A stretch of DNA of 64,000 bases from Octopus sinensis (GCF_006345805.1 NC_043005.1:81592001-81656000), one strand, 5' to 3'. Shown: positions 13,388 to 26,601, numbered from the stretch's first letter. The notes: generated by a model from the letters alone, not told the origin. Numbers and translations are program-made.

Positions 13388-14111
13388 CTTTCATTACATA
13401 AGTATTGATAATACCATTCTCCACCTTTAGATTTTCGTTTCAAATCTTAAAACTAATAAATAATAGCAATAGAATATACAGAATATCGAATATGTAACAT
13501 AATACGGAATATATAATACATTATAGAATATAGAAAACATAGATCCTAAGTTTGACGAGAAAATTTTTGCATCTTTGTCGTACAAAGTTTTCAAACGAAA
13601 CATGGGATCGATATATCAGCGTTTTGGAACAATATAATGGATTCTGATATTAGGTACATGGAAGCCGGTGAGCTGGCAGAATCGTTAGCACGCTGGGTAG
13701 ATTTCTTGGTGGCATTTCGTCTGTCTTTACATTCTGAGTTCAAATACCACCGAGGTCGACTTTGATTTTCACCCTTTTCAGAGATGGTGGGGAAAATGCT
13801 TCGGTCGATATAATCGACTTATACACTTCCTCGAAATTGCTGGCCTTCTGCCAAAATTTGAAAACTATATTAGGTACACGGGCAGCACTATTGAAGGTTT
13901 GGAATTAATGGATACAATGGAATCCACTTCGTAACTAATACCACATTTTATCGACAGCAAAATGATGAAAGGCAAATTCGACCTCAGCGAAATTAAAACT
14001 CCTCAGAATGTGAATCTTTGTGTGTGTCTGTCTCTCTCTTTATTTATATATATATATATTAAAGAGAGAGACAGACACAACACACACACACATACACACA
14101 CACACACATAT

Positions 14112-14142
<31 letters not shown>

Positions 14143-14164
14143 TCCCACCCAACTAATCCCCCCC

Positions 14165-14225
<61 letters not shown>

Positions 14226-15399
14226 CTGTAAGAAGAATTTAAGATAAGTATTTATTTATCGGTTGCTTCTTGTTTGGGATTTCATGATGAATCTCCTTTT
14301 CTCAAAATATAAAATCTGTACACCACTTCAAGCAATCTACGCACACACGTACACACACACATAAGCGCACACACACACACACACACACACACACGCATAG
14401 ACGTGTTTGTGTGTATGTAGAAAGAGAGAGTGTGTGAGAGAGAGATTGCGTGTCTACACGCATTCGAACGCATTGTCTCAGTTTTTATTTCTCTAACTCA
14501 AGCTACAGTCTACTAAGCTACGACGGTGTAATTCCTCTAAAGAACCATCGCACACCCTGTGTCTAGATATTTTTGTAATGCTGTGGTTCATAACGTTTCT
14601 ACCATATTTATTAAAATCGTTTTGATGTGAAAACGACATATTGCAAGAACTGACTTAGCACTGAAATTAGTTTCTACAGAATTTTCTCATTTATTTCTAC
14701 TAGTTTCTGATTTCAAAGACATTTAAATTTCACATTACCTTTTATTCAACAAATGCTTTTCCTATGTTCAACTATAATGTTCATATCGGTTCCAAAGGTT
14801 ACATATTATCTATGAATACATTAGGCATGCTTTTATTTAGGAGACATGACTACGGTCACTTTTGTTCAAATCTGCTTGAGTAGTCATAAAGTGAATTCAT
14901 TGCTAAACGGATGAAGATTATCAACATAAAGGTACTGCCCACTAGATATACGCAAAGATAATCCACACGACTGGATCTCATTTCCGCTTGAGTTGACTTT
15001 AAGGAAATGGAAAATAAATTTCCTTAATAAGAAAACGGTCTATTGCAGCAAAGTTTTCGTGTGGGAGTAAAGTAAATACACATTAGGAATCAACGTATGG
15101 CTTATCAAGTTTACATTTCTGATACTGTTTTCGGTAGCAAAGAAACGTACAAGTGTGTTTAACGCTGACAAGGCTGAGTGCTACAGTCACCAGAATACGG
15201 GATCAACGTAATGTCAGTTATACAACGCAAAACCCATTTGTTCTTAAATAGAATGTTGCGGCGCAATGGTGCGCCGGAAGTGCTACTTAAGTGAATCGCA
15301 TATATTTTTCTGCCTCTAAATAGAATTTAAATTTAAGAAAATCCATACAATTACTCATGCGCCTACAGTCATAATATACGCTAGCATACAATATTGTAT

Positions 15400-15600
15400 T
15401 TACGATTCCCGGACAGTGCTGTGTGCTGTGTTCTTGAGCAAGACACTTTATTTCCCGTTGTTCCAGTTCAGTCAGCTGTAGAAATTATTTACGACGTCAC
15501 TGGTCCCAAGTTGTATTGGACTTTGTCTTTCCCTTGGATAACATCGGTGGCATAGAGAGGGGAGAATGTTATGAATGGGCGACAACAGGTTTTCCATATT
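15400..15600 (+). mobile_element. 5' part of a SINE interrupted by a LINE
   Basis: TGTGTTCTTGAGCAAGACACTTTATTTC...GGATAACATCGGTGGC...GGGCGAC. It appears to continue at 16667-16750 (TTGCTCGGACTTG...CGTGACCGAAAGGGGTCTTTAACCTTTACC); the continuity is from my recall of the family. Confidence 0.6.
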
Positions 15601-16666
15601 GTACGATGGGATGGTGCCTTCCTCTCAGATCGCTCCTTCCAAGTCCAAGTTAATGGTTCGCGGTCCGACGTCTCCAGTGCGAGCAGTGGCGTGCCTCAAG
15701 GTTCAGTGCTTGGGCCCTTATTGTTCTTGGTCTTCATAAATGACTTGCCCGACGACCTCACGCAACACACCCTTCTATTTGCCGACGATGTCAAACTGGT
15801 CGCTCCTCGCGGTGATATAGAGGATCTTCGTCGATGCCTCCACCAAATTTGGAGATGGTCTAACGAATGGGACCTGTGTCTGAACGTGTCAAAGTGCTGT
15901 CATCTGCCTGTTGGCTCTCCTCCTGCAACTCAACTTGATTTCGAGCCGGGTCGGCTGCTGCTGGAGAGGACCGATCAGGTAAAGGACCTGGGTATCTTGG
16001 TGGATTCCTCCTTTTCGCCTTCGGCCCAGTGCGTCCATGCTGCCAACAAAGCACGCGGAGTTCTGTTCATGATTCGACGGTCATTCGGAATGCCCACAGC
16101 AGCCATATTCCTACCGCTCTATGTCACGCTGGTGAGACCCATATTGGAGTACGGGATTCAAGCCTCTTCTCCTTATATCCTCAAAGACATACAGCATCTC
16201 GAAAGAGTCCAGAACCTGGCTACCCGCAATGTTCTTGGTCTCAAAAAATTGTCTTATGAAGAAAGGCTTAAGACGCTCGACCTTTATTCTCTAGAAAAAC
16301 GACGACGCCGTAGAGATCTCATTCTTGCTCACAACATCATAAGCGGAAAGTGTAACCTCTCGAAAGAGCTGTTCTTCGCTCCTGCTCCAGAGCGTCGGCT
16401 GCGGGGTCCTTCCGGAAAGCTCTATCTGCGACGATTTCATCTCAATCGAAGGAGAGGGGCTTTCTCCGTCCGGGTTGCGGATCCGTGGAATAAGCTGCCG
16501 GACTAGATGGGGAAGATGCCGACGACCGCTCGGTTCAAAGTCTCCCTTAACCTCAAGTGTCCTGAACTCTTTACATGAACACCACACTGTACATAACTCC
16601 ATGTCCCCCTACATGGCCTTGCTTTTTGCTTTTTGAGCCAAAAAATTAACTAACTAACTAACTAAC
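15601..16666 (+). mobile_element. 5'-truncated CR1-like LINE, reverse transcriptase C-terminal half
   Basis: ORF contains SGVPQGSVLGPLLF, FADD, DLGI and RPILEY. A single TAG at 16504-16506 precedes a short in-frame continuation. The element ends in a (TAAC)5 tail at 16647-16666. Confidence 0.92.
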
Positions 16667-18326
16667 TTGCTCGGACTTGAGCCTCGGAGTGACACTTTGT
16701 ACATGCAATCCCCTTGTCATTCGTGACCGAAAGGGGTCTTTAACCTTTACCCGAGCTTACGAATTTTTTTTTCTGAGGATTCGATTTTAAAGCATATTAT
16801 GTGTTGAAATACCCATGCAAAATGTTAGTTTTGTTTTACTGCCCATATGAAGGGCGCCAGTGTAGCTTTACTTTCTCTGTAGTACCATATGGAGTCAAAA
16901 CTATTTTAAAACACTACACTAGTAATTCAATACTGATTATAGTTAAGAAGAGGAAAGGACTTTTAAAAATTGTGGGATACGTTTCTATTATATTAACCAA
17001 TTTATGAAACACCGAAATTAATTTATGCTTACTTAATTACAATACAATATGAGTGCTATACAATATTATTGCTACACAATATAGGAAAATAATGATTTTC
17101 TACAAATTCCATATAATATTCAATATATTATATAGTAGTGGGATTTTTAGAGTTATATCAACTCTGTTGAGGCAGACATCGATTAAGTGTGATTCAGCCT
17201 TGACCATCCTATGGTATGTTCTATCTAGAGTGCTCTGTTTTTCTCATGATTAATAATAAAGAAAAAAATTCCAGGATATGAAGAGGATATCGTGACTGAA
17301 AGATCATTCGTAGTTGTGACCAAATATTTAATTATTACGGTTTACAAACAAGTGAGATAACGAAGTTCTTAAATTTCAAATCGTAGAAAAGAATAAAATT
17401 GTTGTGTAATTAGTAACAAAAAAAAATGATTTTAATAATTGACTTGGTTGATTTCAGACGAAACGTTTATCAATAGGAGCCTTATACTTCCGAATATTAC
17501 GGTTGCAAATTTTTCCAGAATTATTCTCACACTTAGTATCTAACATAGCTTTAAAATTTTGTTACTTAATCCGCAACAGGATGTCAGTGGTTTTAATATT
17601 TCTCTCGGTAATTTATAGAAGAAATGAAACTAAAATAAAAAGCAAATATTGAATGACTATTAGAAGCCTCTAAAGAAACATACAGAAGTAGCATTTGTTT
17701 GTATTCTCCACAACTTTGTTTTCAAAATTAAAAATTAAAAACATATATTTTTTAAAGTGATTAAATATTTCCAAATATGCTTTTAAAACCTGTCAGAAAT
17801 AATTTTACTTGCAATCGTATTTTATTATTAAAAGGTCATTTATATCTTGACAAAGAATTCGAAAAATTTTCCGTGTAATTTAAATTCGGAAATATTTCAA
17901 TTAGAATTTTGGAAGTACACAAAGAATTATCATTAATATTATTCCATTAATATGAATAACGACGAAGAATATTCCAGAATTTCTAATCTGATCTTATTTC
18001 AATTTTGTCATTCGCCTACACTATCCATCTTTCATATGAGACTTTTGCTCATTATCTTCGTTAGATCTGGACAAGCAGAAATTCTAATTATGTCAATGCT
18101 TAATAAATAACTTATACGCTCTCCTAAATTTCATACATGGCAGACTACGGCAATATTTTATGACTAATAAACACTTTGTTGAAGGTATAAGACAAGGTGG
18201 ATGAGATGTTCGCTTCCTAACTCATTCGATGTCGATTACTTCAATGCAGATGCTCACGCGCGCGCACACACACAAAAACATACACACACACATTACTATT
18301 CATTTTTATTTCAAGCTATATATAAT

Positions 18327-18760
18327 AGGCGCGTGAGTGGCTGCGTGGTAAGCATAGGCGCAGGAGTGGTTGTGTGTTCAGTAGCTTGCTTAGCAACCAC
18401 ATGGTTCCGGGTTCAGTCCTACTGCGTGACAAATTGGGCAAGTGTCTTCTGCTATAGCCTCGGGCCAACCAAAGTCTTGTGAGTGGATTTGGTAGACGGA
18501 AACTGAAAGAAGCCCGTCGTATATATGTATATGTATGTGCGTATATATGTTTGTGTGTCTGTTCCCCCAACATCGCCTGACAACCGACGCTTGTGTGTTT
18601 ACGTCCCCGTAACTTAGCGGTTCGGCAAAAGAGACCGATAGAACAAATACTAGGCTTACAATGAATAAGTCTTTGGGTCAATTTTCTCGACTACAGGCGT
18701 AGCTCCAACAAGGCCACAGTCAAATGACTGAAAGAGTAAAATGTAAAAGAGTAAAGAGTA
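18327..18760 (+). mobile_element. tRNA-derived SINE family 2 (duplicated head)
   Basis: AGGCGC..GAGTGG.TG.GTG head occurs twice, then GGTTCCGGGTTCAGTCC, GAAAGAAGCCCGTCGTATAT, a central microsatellite, and an (AAAGAGT)n-like tail. Confidence 0.85.
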
Positions 18761-19429
18761 TAAAAGCAAATTAGCATTAATCTGAAGTATTACTCTATAT
18801 TTTTTAGTTGAGTGCATATTTAATAAATTTTTATAAGAAGGTTGGCTGCGAGCGCAAAGTTTCGACTTGCTAACTTTTGTCAGACTGTGAGCGTGTTAAT
18901 ATATGTATATATATATGTGTGCGTGTATGTGTACCTGTGAGTATGTGAATGTGTATTTATCTATCTATCTATCGTATATATATTCATATGCACAAGCACA
19001 CACATGTATATAACATTTAAAGTCAACAAAGTTGAGTACATTTGGACTTAACACTGAGATGTGGAAACATCTGCGCTGCGCTGTCTCGGTAGAGAAATTC
19101 TTTTCAGATGCAATGTCTCGATGAAAAGAATTTCTCTTCGCATTCATCTGCGCAGCGAATGCCTTTCCTCGTTTCGGTGTACATGAAACCGTTATGTAAA
19201 CAAATTTATTGTAATCACTACTGATTATCGTTTCCCAAATTCCTGTTTAACAAAGCCTTGAAGAAGCCAGAAAAGAATTATTATTTGCTGGTTGGCGTAT
19301 ATCCTACCAGCAACGGAAGAATTTTGTTGGCTGTGAAATGGATATAGTATTTACCAACTTCTTAGCCACGTAGCCAAGACTGCGTTGGTTATGTGACAAC
19401 AGCCACATTTCTCATGTCCTTTGGTTATA

Positions 19430-19900
19430 AAAAAATATTATATTGTATTGGATATGTCATAGATAAAAGCAATCAACCAGAACACCATTCGAAGGCATTA
19501 CACTCTAATTGCATATTGCATAAATTATTACTTTAGTTCTCAGAATATATTGGCTGTGATAATATAAGATACATTTGTACCATAACGTATCCTGATTGAC
19601 TGACATTTGTCGGGAACAACATCTATGAGATTCGTATTCTGGAACAAATTTTTCCGGGTACAGTTCCATCCATCCCTGTACTGCTTCAGTGCTTATATAG
19701 TGATGAAAAAGTGAACAAAATGTCAACAGTTACGTCATAGCCTGTGTGTGTAACTTTGTTGCAATGTGTAACTGGGATCAAAGATCTTGTGCTTCTGGGT
19801 TTTTATAAAAACGTGTCACATCACTTGCAAAAATCTCTGCCAACACAAGGCGTCTTTGATGGGGAAATTATTCTCCTAACAGTTTGGTATCAGGTAGGAA
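19430..19900 (-). mobile_element. Decayed piggyBac-like transposase fragment
   Basis: Minus-strand frame gives TGYDVTVDILFTFSSL...GMDGTV, resembling the GxxVTxDNxFTS..L...GT motif. Further on, QYAIRV*CLRMVFWLIAFIYDISN resembles the piggyBac C-terminal YxIxxxxKKW motif. Multiple stops. Confidence 0.5.
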
Positions 19901-20882
19901 GCTAAACGAAATTCTGGTTCACTATGACATCCCTGCATTTAAATATTTATTTTATCTAATGAAATAGTAATTCTCTAGGAGAAAGTCAAGAAGGTTACAA
20001 TTCTTCGTGTGGCATATCCACGAAGGAAAGGCTCACTATATTTAGTTATAAAGAATACTTCTGTTTGATGTAAGTCTATAGCGAATAACACAGGGCAAAA
20101 GTTATTCAGTAGAGCTGTATCGGATTATGCGAGTTGGATTAGATTTCCCGATGAAGTATTGCACATCACACTACTTATATTACTGATATAGACATGCATA
20201 AACGACACCGCGTCCTATATTTTCCTATCGTAAAATATTTTTAGTTGTTGACTTGCTATATGTACAAAACAAAATCACATCTTAGCTTACACATATTCTC
20301 TCCCTTTTTATTCGCTTATGCAATACTATTTACAACAACAACACCGACAACAATATAAAAGCAAGCCGCATACCAGCAGCGATAGAATAAAATATCAGTT
20401 ATAAAGTATCAAAAGAAATAATCAATCCAAATATATGAAAATACAAAACCAACAAAGAATGATTTTCCCTTTGATAACATTTCCCAGTTATCTTTAAACA
20501 AACCTATATGTTATTGTGTTTTCTGCCAAGCAAGTTTATTGATTTAGCTAATCGATAAAAACTAAAACAAAAATAATCAATACAATTTCTAAGAACTTTT
20601 ATACCATTTCATCTAGAAGATCACAGGTAATGTAACAATAGTTATCAAATATGATTTTAGCAAATAATTGATTTGAGATCAACTTGAAAACAATATAGTT
20701 CAGTTGATTTTTGGTTAAATATAAATGAATTTAATGGACTAAAATTAACTTGAGATTATCGACGACTACTATATTACTTCCATTGATGTTATTGTTGTTG
20801 AGGAGTCCTAGTGACTTCTCATCGATATGACATCAAAATAACCAATCAAATTCTTCCTATAAAATCACTGATCTTGAATTCC

Positions 20883-21289
20883 GGATCTTTTCGGTTTGAA
20901 CGGCAGTTTTTAGCATAATTTCTAGGTAACTAAAAAATGTTAAACTTCTTATACTGGTAGAATGTGTTTATAAAACGTCTTTTTCTCTTGGCTTTATTGA
21001 GAAAATTCTATAGTTTGTAAGATATTTGTTGTTTTTTTCTTCAATTTCTGCAATTTCAACCAATCAATGACGTCCATTGAGGTAAACAACCTTCTGTGCC
21101 GTATGAATATGTCCCTCGTTTAAGAAACAAATTGGGTTTATTACATTTGTGAAGGGAAAAGTTACCCTTCCCCCACCCCTAACCGTAAAACAGATTGAAA
21201 TGCAATAGATCGATACTAGGGTCATAATTATGGGTGACAATTTCATATGCTACCGCTAGAAAAAACTGCCGTTCAAACCGAAAAGATCC
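20883..21289. mobile_element. MITE with ~28-bp TIRs
   Basis: GGATCTTTTCGGTTTGAACGGCAGTTTTT ... AAAAACTGCCGTTCAAACCGAAAAGATCC. Confidence 0.9.
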
Positions 21290-21794
21290 CCACTGACTTC
21301 TCATCGATAGGGCATATGACATCAAAGTAACCAATCAAATTCTTCCTGTAAAATCACCGATCTTGAATTCCTAACTAGCAATAGATTTGTAAGTTTGAGG
21401 TTTAGCTTATTGTCAATTTTAAACGTACCCTCTTCCGAGCAAGTTATCTAGTCATGACGATAATGTATCTTTTCGTCCTGCTTTGTTTATCTGTAATCAC
21501 GTTAACCAAAGATTCATTACATGTTCAAAGCGTTGCAGGTAAAATTGAAGTATTTTTGCAAATTTATCTCTTCACGCGCTCAAGTAACTTCCCCGCTTAC
21601 TCAAATACAAATATGTCAAATATTCTTGCGCACATGGAATTATTCCCTTATCAATGCTTTGGAAATTATTGGGAAATTTATACACAATTGAAAAGGTTAA
21701 GAATTTGAAAATGTGTTCATTGTCTCTCAAAGTAAGGCAAGAAATTTTAGGGTTAGTGGAATAATCCATTAAGTATACCCCAGTAATTAATTAT

Positions 21795-22092
21795 TGTTGT
21801 TGTTTGTTCCTTCTCGAGCCACACCTGGCTCATAAGGGCCGGTTTCCTGATTTCCTTGGCGTATACGTTCCCCACCTGGACGGGACGTCGGTCCATCGCA
21901 GGTGAGCGGCAATATGCTGGAGGAAAGAGTGAGAGGAAGTTGTAGCGAGAGAGTGGCCATTACCTTCTGTCGGATCCGCGTGGAGCTTAGGTGTTACGTT
22001 CATAAACACACACATCGCCTGGTCTCAGATTCGAACCCACGATCCCTCGACCGCGAGTCCACTGCTCTAACTAGTAAGTCATGTGCCTCCAT
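21795..22092 (-). mobile_element. tRNA-derived SINE with V-domain-like motif
   Basis: Plus strand shows CCTGGACGGGACGTCGGTCCATCGCAGG and GATTCGAACCC (reverse B-box); (TTG)n tail at the left. Confidence 0.7.
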
Positions 22093-22471
22093 CAGTAATT
22101 AATTAATACTTATTTTTTCCGACCTCAAAACGATGAAAGGCAAAGTCAGCCTGAGTGAGATCTGGACACATAACGAAAAGAGCCGAAGAAATATCGCTAA
22201 GAATTTTGCCCAACATTTCTCTCAGCTTTCCACCTTCTCAAGTAAATAGAATATTAGTTATTGAGCAAATGCTAAGACTAATTGTAATTTGACATTTGAA
22301 TGTTCTCAGATGACCGTATTAGATTTATTCTGGTGATGCTTCTTTATATGCTAAATGATCTAATCATTTCAAAACGGTATAGAATATTGGAGTCTTCCGA
22401 GTAAGCTCGAAGTAAGCAAGATCATTTTACACTAAGTTATCGCTAGCATTTTTTGTGGTTAATATTTCTGG

Positions 22472-23510
22472 TAAGGCGGTAAGCTGGCAGATACGTTAGC
22501 ACCCCGAGCTAAATGCGTAGCCATATTTCGTCTGTCGTTACGTTCTGATTTCAAATTTGCTTTTCATCCTTTCGGGGTCGATTAAAGTCGGCATAATCGA
22601 CTTAATCCGTTTGTCTCTCCTTGTTTGTCCTCTCTGTGTTTAGCCCCTTGTGGGTAGTAAAGAAATAGGTATTGCGTCTGCCCTTACGTTCTGCGTTCAA
22701 ATTCCGCCGAGGTCGACTTTGCCTTTCATCCTTTCGGGGTCGATAAATTAAGTACCAGTTATGCTCATGGGTCGATGTAATCAAGTTAATCTCTTTGTTT
22801 GTCCCCTCTATGTTTAGCCCCATGTGGGCAATAAAGAAATAAGAATCCACATCAATACCGTCGAGGTCGACTTTGCCTTTCATCCGTTCGGGGTTAATAA
22901 ATTAAGGACCAGTTACGCACTGGGGTCGATATAATCAACTTAATCCGTTTGCCTGTCCTTGTTTGTCCTCTCTGTGTTTAGCCGCTTGTGGGTAGTAAAG
23001 AAATAGGTATTTCGTCTGCCCTACGTTCTGCGTTCAAATTCCGCCGAGGTCGACTTTGCCTTTCATCCTTCGGGGTCGATAAATTAAGTACCAGTTATGC
23101 TCATGGGTCGATGTAATCAAGTTAATCTCTTTGTTTGTCCCCTCTATGTTTAGCCCCATGTGGGCAATAAAGAAATAAGAATCCACATCAATACCGTCGA
23201 GGTCGACTTTGCCTTTCATCCGTTCGGGGTTAATAAATTAAGGACCAGTTACGCACTGGGGTCGATATAATCAACTTAATCCGTTTGCCTGTCCTTGTTT
23301 GTCCTCTCTGTGTTTAGCCGCTTGTGGGTAGTAAAGAAATAGGTATTTCGTCTGCCGTTACGTTCTTAGTTAAAATTCCGCGGAGGGCGACTTTGCCTTT
23401 CATCTTTTCGTGGTCGATAAATTAATTACCAGTTACGCACTGGGGTCGATGTAATTGACTTAATCCCTTTATCTGTCTTTGATTGTCCCCTCCATGTTTA
23501 GCCCCTTGTA
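22472..23510 (+). repeat. Tandem array of SINE family 1 body modules with a duplicated ~336-bp dimer
   Basis: One head at 22472, then six alternating modules. The ORF track shows the same peptide starting at 22883 and at 23219. Confidence 0.9.
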
Positions 23511-25415
23511 GGGCGGTGGGCTGGCGGAATCGTTAGCACGTTTGGGAAAATGACAAGTGGCATTTCTTCCGTCTTTCCGTCTTTGAGTTCAAATTCTGCC
23601 ATGGTCAACATTGCTTTGCATAATTTCGAAGTTGATAAAATAAGATCCACTTGAGCACTGGGGTCAATATAATCGATATACACCTCCCCAGAAATTTCAG
23701 GCTTTGGGCCAACATTTGAAACTAATATTCCTGGTAAGGTATGGAGCTGGCAGAATCGTTAGCAAAATTCTTAGCGGCATTTCGTCTGTCTCTGAGTTCA
23801 AAATCCGCCAAGACCAAATTTGCCTTTCATCATTTCGCCCCCTTTGAGTTCAAATTCCGTTTTGAGTTCTGAGCTCAAATTCTGCCGAGGTCTACTTTGC
23901 CTTTCATGCTTTCGGGATTGATGAGATAAACAGCACTGGAGCACTGGGGTCGATGTTATCGACTTAACTCCTGCCCAAAAGTTGCTGACATCGTGTCAAA
24001 ATTTGAAGACATGTTAAACAAAAAGATCAACTTTATTTACAGTGTAAGTTCTAACACGAGAGAGAATTGCTAGCTATTTCAATCAGGTCCACAGACAGTA
24101 CGAATATAATACTGGTTAACTTTGGAGATGCTAATAACTGAAATATGTTGAGATATGGTATGCCTTCATCACTGGCTGTCAAGCAATTTCTTTACTTCCA
24201 AGTAACTTTCTACTATAGGCATAAGGCCTGAAATTTTGGGGGAGAGGATAAGTCGATTACATCGACCCCAGTGCTCAGCTGTCACTGAGGTCAGTTTATC
24301 GACCCGCAATGGATGAAAGGTAAAGTCAACCACGGTGAGATTTGAAATCAGAACGTAAAGATGAACGAAATGCCGTTAAGCATTTTGCCCATCGTGCTAA
24401 CAACAATTGTGCCAGCTCACTGCCTTAAAAATAATTTTAATCATACTTTCTACTACAGGAACAATACCTGAAATTTGGTGGAGGGTGATAGTCATGGACA
24501 TCGGCCCCAGTACTCAGTTGGTATTTAATTTATCGACCCCCCAAAAGATGAAAGACAAAGCTGAGCTCGGCCGAATTTGAACTCAGAACGTAGCGGCAGA
24601 CGAAATACCTAAGCATTTTGCCCGGCGTGCTGACGTTTCTGCCAGCACGGTGCCTTGAAGATATCTTTAATACTGATAAAACAACTGGGTTTTGAGCACA
24701 ATAGAAAGATACCCCGATCAAGGAAATACTGTTGTGCAATAGATAAGCGCAGTGGAAATGAAGCTGAAATCTTTTATCCATTTAAATTGACATGGACGTT
24801 AACTGATCTTCAAAAATTTTGACACCTTTAAAATCAATTTTTCCGCCATTATATTACAGACAAAATTTAATTTACAGAGCTATTAATTATAGATCTGGGA
24901 AATGTAAAATTCTGAAACTTCAATTGTTGGTTTCTTAACTATTTAGAAGCAGATTATATTGTTGTTGTTATTTTAATCGATAATATTCGTTTTTAGTAAA
25001 GATCTATATTGATTGAAAACTGTAAGAGAGAACATTAATGAAATACGTTGCATATATTGAAAATATTATATGCTGTATAACAGTAGCATGAAGAAAAATA
25101 TTCAAGTAAACATTTAAAAAGTTAAACAAGTATAGAAGCATATAATAACGAGCAGGCATATCTACACGCACGTACACACACACAAACACACATACGCGTT
25201 TCTATCCCGACGGGGTAGAAATATGGAAAAAAGTAGTTGGAAAGTCACTAGGATTCTAGTAGATGGTGTATTTTAAAGGCTTAACCGGTTTCACAGATTT
25301 TTCAGACTGTGAAAACAGCCAAACCGTTGAAAACAAACCTTCTAAACGACTCTCAATACAATTTCAACTTTTTTTCTACGTATCTACTCACGTGGAATAA
25401 AATAACGTTCGTATT

Positions 25416-25448
<33 letters not shown>

Positions 25449-25451
25449 TAT

Positions 25452-26117
25452 AATGGCTGCCCCTTCGTTATCGAGTATGGCCATTGCACGAAGCTTAACT
25501 GTTATTGGTGCTGAGATCGAATGTGACTTTTATTTGCTTTTTAAGGCTACAGCCAGCCATTCAGTTGAGACTCACAGCACTATCAACAATCATGAACAAT
25601 GTTGCTATCGTGCAATGCCTGTGCAAGAAGATTTTTTTTTAAAGTGAGGAAAGGCTGTGCACTGAGTCAATCCCACTCACTAAGCAACAGCAGCCATAAT
25701 CCGAAAAGAAGAACAAGTCAACATCATCGGTAACCACTGAGCCGCAGGTTTTATGTTGGAGTTATCCCAGTTACCTGATTTACCTTCTCCTAGAAGGATG
25801 CCCTAACAAAGGCTAGGAGTCCTTCACTCCCAATGGTTTAACCGCGCGATCGGGTATTCAGTCCGATTATTTCTATATCCCCGCGCATGATTCAGCCTTA
25901 AGCCTTAAAAGAAAAAATACACATTTATTGGATGGCCGTTGACTCTCAAGAGTTCCTCCGCCCTTTGACGGATTTTGTTTTTCATGCCGCAGGGTGTCCA
26001 ATAAACACCCTCCTCACCAAGCAAGCTTGGTGGGGTTGCCGGCTTAGAAGCCGACGGCCCGACATTGCAACAGCTTGTACTGGGTTACATGTTACCAGTA
26101 GCACACGAAAGTGACCT

Positions 26118-26120
<3 letters not shown>
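25452..26120. mobile_element. Probable retroelement-derived non-coding fragment (RTE 5'-region-like)
   Basis: GC-richer block bounded by (TA)n tracts. Resemblance to an RTE 5' region is from recall only; no coding motif was found. Confidence 0.3.
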
Positions 26121-26168
<48 letters not shown>

Positions 26169-26559
26169 CATATATATGTGTGTGTGTGTGGCATACATAT
26201 ATGTATATTATTTGTCCTCAACATGAGGACAAATATCCATAAAATGTAAATAATGCAAATAATGTACATAATTCCTCATCTCGTAAATATAGAACTATGT
26301 AAGTTAATACGTCTACTTGCTGACAATGTTCTCAAAAAGTATGACTTTGCTTCAATACTGAGCTCTCATTTCAAATTCCGACCAGATTATCTCTTCCTTA
26401 ATCTTTACTGCATTGAGAATTAAAGTACCTATCCGAAATCGAAACGACTTGCAAATCTGTCACCTAATTTATCATTACTATCTAATCCTCGGCTGTTTTT
26501 AACAGAGCTCAGTCATTTACAAGAGACAAGTGAGAAGTTTGAGCATAATTTCCACCCAC

Positions 26560-26601
26560 CTCTCTTGTGCATAGATGTTCTTCACCGGTCTTCCCGCCCA
26601 A
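26560..26601 (-). CDS. Candidate 42-nt coding exon (x-WAGRPVKNIYAQE-R)
   Basis: Strong acceptor CATTTTCTTTCTTTTTAACGTTTAG and donor AG|GTGGGT; open in phase 2, matching the upstream microexon. Confidence 0.45.

Noticed and set aside
18965-19246. Open minus-strand frame through the 19.1-kb hairpin
   Set aside because: No good donor, runs into a microsatellite, and its phase is incompatible with the candidate exon chain.
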